Shown piece by piece: positions 56,670-64,000 of a stretch of DNA of 64,000 nucleotides. A program made the position numbers and the translations under genes. The notes under the pieces are model-generated. The model saw only the letters and a list, made by a program, of their open reading frames with translations, ran no database searches and was not told the origin of the DNA. How positions within the stretch are numbered: position 1 is the stretch's first letter; every line of letters starts with the position of its first letter. The DNA is taken from positions 186,248,001-186,312,000 of the forward strand of contig OZ024740.1 of the NCBI GenBank assembly GCA_964016885.1. Direction: 5' to 3'. The stretch comes from Eledone cirrhosa. Its lineage: Eukaryota.

Positions 56670-56930
56670 TACGACTTCAGCTATGCCATTTACGTGGTTT
56701 TGTTTTTGCGTGCAATTGTTCTCCTCGCTCCACATATGACGTATTATCTTCGTTTGTTCCGTTCATTGCCAGAGAACGTCTCTATGAACCACCTAAGAGA
56801 ACATTAGTCTACGACTTCTTTTATACCATAAACGTGGTCCTGTCTTTGCGTGTAATTGTTTTTCAACGCTCCTATTAATGACGTATTCGTTGTTTCCCGT
56901 TCTTTGCCAGGGAATGTTTCCACGAACCAA
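56670..56930. repeat. Diverged tandem duplication, period about 140 bp
   Basis: tacgacttc...acgtgg...ttgcgtg.aattgtt...atgacgtatt...ttgccag.gaa...gaacca occurs at 56670 and 56810. Confidence 0.75.
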
Positions 56931-57094
56931 AGTATCGTCTTCCTGTCCTACTGCGGTTGCAACGTTTTTTGAAATATCTACTTCTGCGTTTACAGATTGA
57001 CTTTGTTAGTTTCAGAATATCCCGTTAAGGGTGAAAGCAGCGATTCTATGCTTAAACTTTAATCTGTTCTTTTAATAAATATATATATATATAT

Positions 57095-59385
57095 ATATAT
57101 ATGTGAATATAGACATAGAATATTCGAAAATATTCTGTATGTTTATAATAAACATTTTGAAGACCTAATCGCTATAGAATAGAATACGTCACGTATTACA
57201 ATTAGATTCTCGATAAAAGCAAGGGAAGTAATCTACGCGTTTCATTCTCGTTAGAAATCATCAGGACTACATATCCAGTGCTTTTATCGAGAATGACACA
57301 GCTAGAGACTTATAGAATACTTAGCTGTGTACAGGAACTGGTTTGAAAGAGCGGTTGCCGGTCCGGCAGAAATTAGAAATTGGAATAAATGCTCTGAAGT
57401 AGCGATATATATGTGAATATAGACATAGAATATTCGAAAATATTCTGTATGTTTATAATAAACATTTTGAAGACCTAATCGCTATAGAATAGAATACGTC
57501 ACGTATTACAATTAGATTCTCGATAAAAGCAAGGGAAGTAATCTACGCGTTTCATTCTCGTTAGAAATCATCAGGACTACATATCCAGTGCTTTTATCGA
57601 GAATGACACAGCTAGAGACTTATAGAATACTTAGCTGTGTACAGGAACTGGTTTGAAAGAGCGGTTGCCGGTCCGGCAGAAATTAGAAATTGGAATAAAT
57701 GCTCTGAAGTAGCGATATATATGTGAATATAGACATAGAATATTCGAAAATATTCTGTATGTTTATAATAAACATTTTGAAGACCTAATCGCTATAGAAT
57801 AGAATACGTCACGTATTACAATTAGATTCTCGATAAAAGCAAGGGAAGTAATCTACGCGTTTCATTCTCGTTAGAAATCATCAGGACTACATATCCAGTG
57901 CTTTTATCGAGAATGACACAGCTAGAGACTTATAGAATACTTAGCTGTGTACAGGAACTGGTTTGAAAGAGCGGTTGCCGGTCCGGCAGAAATTAGAAAT
58001 TGGAATAAATGCTCTGAAGTAGCGATATATATGTGAATATAGACATAGAATATTCGAAAATATTCTGTATGTTTATAATAAACATTTTGAAGACCTAATC
58101 GCTATAGAATAGAATACGTCACGTATTACAATTAGATTCTCGATAAAAGCAAGGGAAGTAATCTACGCGTTTCATTCTCGTTAGAAATCATCAGGACTAC
58201 ATATCCAGTGCTTTTATCGAGAATGACACAGCTAGAGACTTATAGAATACTTAGCTGTGTACAGGAACTGGTTTGAAAGAGCGGTTGCCGGTCCGGCAGA
58301 AATTAGAAATTGGAATAAATGCTCTGAAGTAGCGATATATATGTGAATATAGACATAGAATATTCGAAAATATTCTGTATGTTTATAATAAACATTTTGA
58401 AGACCTAATCGCTATAGAATAGAATACGTCACGTATTACAATTAGATTCTCGATAAAAGCAAGGGAAGTAATCTACGCGTTTCATTCTCGTTAGAAATCA
58501 TCAGGACTACATATCCAGTGCTTTTATCGAGAATGACACAGCTAGAGACTTATAGAATACTTAGCTGTGTACAGGAACTGGTTTGAAAGAGCGGTTGCCG
58601 GTCCGGCAGAAATTAGAAATTGGAATAAATGCTCTGAAGTAGCGATATATATGTGAATATAGACATAGAATATTCGAAAATATTCTGTATGTTTATAATA
58701 AACATTTTGAAGACCTAATCGCTATAGAATAGAATACGTCACGTATTACAATTAGATTCTCGATAAAAGCAAGGGAAGTAATCTACGCGTTTCATTCTCG
58801 TTAGAAATCATCAGGACTACATATCCAGTGCTTTTATCGAGAATGACACAGCTAGAGACTTATAGAATACTTAGCTGTGTACAGGAACTGGTTTGAAAGA
58901 GCGGTTGCCGGTCCGGCAGAAATTAGAAATTGGAATAAATGCTCTGAAGTAGCGATATATATGTGAATATAGACATAGAATATTCGAAAATATTCTGTAT
59001 GTTTATAATAAACATTTTGAAGACCTAATCGCTATAGAATAGAATACGTCACGTATTACAATTAGATTCTCGATAAAAGCAAGGGAAGTAATCTACGCGT
59101 TTCATTCTCGTTAGAAATCATCAGGACTACATATCCAGTGCTTTTATCGAGAATGACACAGCTAGAGACTTATAGAATACTTAGCTGTGTACAGGAACTG
59201 GTTTGAAAGAGCGGTTGCCGGTCCGGCAGAAATTAGAAATTGGAATAAATGCTCTGAAGTAGCGATATATATGTGAATATAGACATAGAATATTCGAAAA
59301 TATTCTGTATGTTTATAATAAACATTTTGAAGACCTAATCGCTATAGAATAGAATACGTCACGTATTACAATTAGATTCTCGATA
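57095..59385 (-). mobile_element. Putative non-LTR retrozyme array: 7 full + 1 partial 310-bp units
   Basis: Units start at 57095, 57405, 57715, 58025, 58335, 58645, 58955 and 59265; identical by eye; one hammerhead per full unit; no ORF. Confidence 0.85.
57228..57270 (-). ncRNA. Type I hammerhead ribozyme (repeats every 310 bp to 59088-59130)
   Basis: gtagtc CTGATGA t ttct aacg agaa t GAAAC gc GTA gattac. Confidence 0.82.
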
Positions 59386-59888
59386 GTCCTGATGATTTCT
59401 AACGAGAATGAAACGCGTAGATTACTTCCCTTGCTTTTATCGAGAATCTAATTGTAATACGTGACGTATTCTATTCTATAGCGATTAGGTCTTCAAAATG
59501 TTTATTATAAACATACAGAATATTTTCGAATATTCTATGTCTATATTCACATATATATCGCTACTTCAGAGCATTTATTCCAATTTCTAATTTCTGCCGG
59601 ACCGGCAACCGCTCTTTCAAACCAGTTCCTGTACACAGCTAAGTATTCTATAAGTCTCTAGCTGTGTCATTCTCGATAAAAGCACTGGATATGTAGTCCT
59701 GATGATTTCTAACGAGAATGAAACGCGTAGATTACTTCCCTTGCTTTTATCGAGAATCTAATTGTAATACGTGACGTATTCTATTCTATAGCGATTAGGT
59801 CTTCAAAATGTTTATTATAAACATACAGAATATTTTCGAATATTCTATGTCTATATTCACATATATATCGCTACTTCAGAGCATTTAT

Positions 59889-59894
<6 letters not shown>
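59384..59894 (+). mobile_element. Inverted segment of the same array (about 1.65 units)
   Basis: Reverse complement of the unit; hammerheads at 59384-59425 and 59693-59735; ends in (TA)n. Confidence 0.88.
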
Positions 59895-59975
<81 letters not shown>

Positions 59976-60760
59976 CGAGAGAGAGAGAGAGAGAGGGGGG
60001 GGGGGGAGAAATCATTTGATGTTTATTCTTTGGGCATTACAAAATCTCAAAACAATGCACAATTTCCAATTTATGTTGTTTATAAATAATATTCTATATT
60101 GTTATTTTGTCTTAGCTTAGTTAATTGTTTTCATATTTTTCTTTTTTTCTTACCGCTTTTTTATATTATTTAACAGATTTTAGAACTAATGATAAATCTG
60201 TTGGCAAACGAAATGTGTATTTCTTATGTCTGACAACGATTTACAGATAATTGAAAGAAATATTTTTTCCTCAAATGTTTTCCCCTACAATTGAAAATGT
60301 ATCTTGCAATCATTTTTAAAAATCGCTTTAACACGTGATATTCCCATGGAAATTCAAGCGTGTTTATTTGTTATTCTTTTATATTTATTTCAAGAAATAA
60401 CAGTTAGAAATAAGTAGGTATTTTTAGAATACACGCATCGGTTCATTAAGTAAAATTTCAATACAGTAGCAATTTCATATAGAAAACTTCATCATACATT
60501 ATCATAATACGAATTCAGATACAACAATTATTTCCTAGCGATGAACACTTTCTGACTGTCGTTTGAGACAACAAATTAATCTTTTATTTTCTATCCTAAG
60601 CTATCATTCTATATCTCTCTCTTTCTCTCTCTCTCTCTATCTATCTCTCTACCTCTTTTTCTCTGTATACACACATACACACACGTGCACACACACACAC
60701 ACACACATGTATATATATATGTATGTGTGTGTGTGTGAGTGTGTGTGTATGTGTGTGTGA

Positions 60761-60792
<32 letters not shown>

Positions 60793-60914
60793 GTGGGGGT
60801 ATGGGTGTATGTGTTTGTGCGTGTGTGTGATACGTAAACGTATAAAAACACTGCAATTGATACAGTACAATGATGATGTATACTAGTTTCACACTTGATA
60901 TAGTAGGAAAAGAG

Positions 60915-60950
60915 TCTTAACGTTTAGGATGCTAGTCCTTCATCAGAAGA
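60915..60950 (-). ncRNA. Decayed minimal PLE-type hammerhead
   Basis: tctt CTGATGA a ggac tagc atcc TAAAC GTT aaga; same family as 13210. Confidence 0.55.
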
Positions 60951-61561
60951 TAAAATGAAGTGTTGCTTAACTCGGCTTTCCGACGGTTATTTATATTGAT
61001 CGACAATTGTATTAGCTATTTACGTTGGGATTACTTCATTAAGATTATATTCATTTCATTGCATTATAGAATCTTTTGTGGTAGGTTCTAAATTGCTCTC
61101 TTGTTAGTTTCGGAATCTTTGTTCAATAGGTGTGAAGTATATTGATGGATGATTTTGGTTGTAGTGGACGTTTGTTTGATGTGTAAAATGTGATGTGTTT
61201 TTCTGAGTAGATTGTATTTTTATGGTGTATCGCGGGTAGTTTAGTTTTTGTTTAATTTATTTATTTTGATGCTAGGTTGGGTTATGTACTATACACATAT
61301 ATATAATTATATGTCGGAAACGTAAACAAGATAAAATAAAAATTTACCAATTTACTTCGATGTGTAATATTACAGCTTTCAATATTCTAATAATTTAAGA
61401 TATTCTCCACTGTAAGAGTTCACTGTTCTTCAGGGATCTTCGCATTCCAAGAAAAAGGTATTTCGAGTGATCTTTTAACAGTGGTAATTTTGAATCACAT
61501 GATATACGGTCGACATATAAATATTCACACACATATAAATATATATATACATAGAGTCACA

Positions 61562-61636
<75 letters not shown>

Positions 61637-62531
61637 GCGCGCGCCATACACCACACACGTGCACACTGTAACTACAAGTATAAACACGTTTTATAGGACT
61701 GATACGATAAGGAACGTACTCAATCAATTAATCCGAGTATTATTCTTAATAAAATTACTTTTACTCATCGGCATATCATTTGAAAGGGTTTTAGCATCTA
61801 AACCTTAATTTTACATTTATATATTCTGTGCCGTTTTAGTAGATTGTTTTAATCATAAGTAATTGTCAGTAGTCAAAAAGGTTATTCTTGTTGTCGGAAA
61901 ACAATTGTTTAGACAATATTTCCACTGTCTGTGTTGTGTTTACAAGTCTTACACAAGCAAATGCGATTTTGAAGTCCTAATTTAATCTCAAAAGCAATTT
62001 TATTTCATCAAATCATTAAGAGTTCGAACATAAATACATCACAGCAAATAAATGTCACAACCTTTTCTATACAGCTCTATACGTAACGCAAGTAGAAAGC
62101 CACCATGCGGGATACATTTTAAGTAAAATGACATTTTCATCAGAACAAATTGACCCAGAAAATACTTAAAGGGCTTTCGGAAATAAGCATTTATCCTTTA
62201 TTCATTTTAATTTATTCTTCGCAAAAATTTACATTAATCAATTCCAGCCAAAGCAAAATTGTTCCTTAATGGTCTTTTCTTGTTTTCGTCAAAGTTTTAT
62301 TCAATTAAATTACTAAAGCATGTTGATAATTTATCTGGTTATGTTACAATATTTATTTATCTGAATAATCCCTCCTTACACTATCGTCCACCCATTCCAC
62401 TTAGCGTTACTGTAGATGACTACCAGAGGAAATTACAGTATCAGAGGCTTTGCTTTAATATTTTCAGGATTTCGTAGATTCTGCAGGTCTGAATCAGTCG
62501 ACTTTACTAATCTTAATTATAAATACTGCCA

Positions 62532-62650
<119 letters not shown>

Positions 62651-62730
62651 GACTAAATGAACGGTTGTATTGACTAAAGAAAGCTCTCTCTATGTAATCA
62701 TAGAGGTAAACTTACTGTATTGATTAAATA

Positions 62731-62909
62731 CATGGCAAACCGGGGTATACCTTCTTAGGTACTCCGAGTTTCCGACGCAAGTTGATATCCTTCGTTTTTC
62801 GGCCTTTAGAAATGTACTGCCGGTGACTTTATAAAGGATGAAGAACGAAGGAAAATAATTTGTTCAGGAAACTCAGAATACTTAAGGAGGTATACGCCAG
62901 CTTGCCATG
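62731..62909. mobile_element. MITE with long imperfect TIRs and TA TSD (Tc1/mariner-type)
   Basis: ta|catggcaaaccggggtataccttcttaggtactccgagtttcc ... ggaaactcagaatacttaaggaggtatacgccagcttgccatg|ta. Confidence 0.7.
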
Positions 62910-62925
62910 TACGTCATACAATAAA

Positions 62926-62956
<31 letters not shown>

Positions 62957-62961
<5 letters not shown>

Positions 62962-63160
62962 AAAAATGTCAGGAATCCGACGGCTGAGCTCCGGCCGTTT
63001 CGAAAGCTAGATCCGATTAGTTCGGATGTAGCTGTCGAAACAGCCGGACGACACCCGTCGGGGTCCTGACTTTTTTCCTATTACCCACTCTACTACACTA
63101 AGTATCGAGTACTCTGGGGCGTTATGGTCCACCTGGCATCTTACCACACCTTCTTTGTTA
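62957..63160 (+). mobile_element. Hairpin+tail element copy 4
   Basis: Imperfect inverted repeat 62957-63081 plus tail, inside (TA)n. Confidence 0.78.
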
Positions 63161-63164
63161 TATT

Positions 63165-63222
<58 letters not shown>

Positions 63223-64000
63223 GTGTGTGTGTGTGTGTGCATACGTGTGTGTTTGTGTGTGTGTGTAAGTGTGTGTGTGTGAGTGTGTGTATATATATAT
63301 GAATATATGAATATATGTAAATTATCCAATAAATATCTTTAATCACTTTTTTTGCAAATAATTTCTAACTTTCCATCGAACAAAATCGATCACTTCAGTT
63401 ATTAACAGCCTCTCTCTCATTCTTCTAAAAGGTATTTAACTGCTTTTAATAAATACACTATTTCCATTGTCCGATATACAAAACAGAATATTTTAATAAT
63501 ATCTTTAACATGTGAAAATGCAGCACTATCTAAAATATTTTCATCTCTGAAAATATGAATGTATAGCATTATTTAATTATAGTTCTCATAAGAGACCAAT
63601 ATTAAGTAAAAATAATTCTCTTGACATTCACTTTTTACAAATATGATATTTCGAATCAGACAGTTTTCATGATTTCATAGCTTATCTAAAGGAAACTGTT
63701 TTTCTTTATCGGTCTGAGAAATGGATGGGGAACATTTGATTATAGCTGTGTGATATATCTTTGCTACAGAAGTAAATTTTATATTAGTGATGATATTATT
63801 CAATTTCTTTTAAATTTTATCTTTTTCTTTTCTATTTTGATCTCCCAATACTCGCCATTTCCCGACTGTATTGCAGTTTTCATAACTTTCAAAGTGATAA
63901 GATGAGTTTCACACATCGAAAACTAATCAATAACATGCGACTGAATAATCATCAAATATCTTTTTCTAAATACTGCTGTCTTTACTTATTTGCTGGACTA

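Noticed and set aside
57095-59385. CRISPR array or plain satellite
   Set aside because: There are no variable spacers and the context is eukaryotic. The hammerhead, dense structure and insertion-like junctions argue against a simple satellite.
59384-59894. Inversion as a read fold-back artefact
   Set aside because: The junction is not a mirror point and unique sequence resumes after the (TA)n; raw reads are still needed for certainty.

Overview
AT-rich, microsatellite-dense eukaryotic DNA with no convincing host protein-coding exon. The SINE families resemble those I know from octopod cephalopods; that attribution is inference. The window is a graveyard of retroelements sorted by microsatellite target. 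(TAA)n tracts carry three Tx1-like LINEs (one near full length, 28.7-34.5 kb), five R4/Dong-like REL-endonuclease LINE pieces and many copies of a tRNA-type SINE, stacked with a fixed polarity. (TA)n tracts carry Penelope-like element (PLE) fragments with inverted pseudo-LTRs and hammerhead ribozymes, plus fold-back remnants. The highlight is 57095-59894: a non-coding array of apparently identical 310-bp units (7 full, 1 partial, then about 1.65 units inverted) inserted in (TA)n. Each unit carries a type I hammerhead ribozyme on a long stem, which fits a young non-LTR retrozyme (circular-RNA retroelement) insertion. Also seen are an RTE fragment with a 5' inversion, Helitron remnants and a MITE. 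Most ORF-track entries are microsatellite artefacts.
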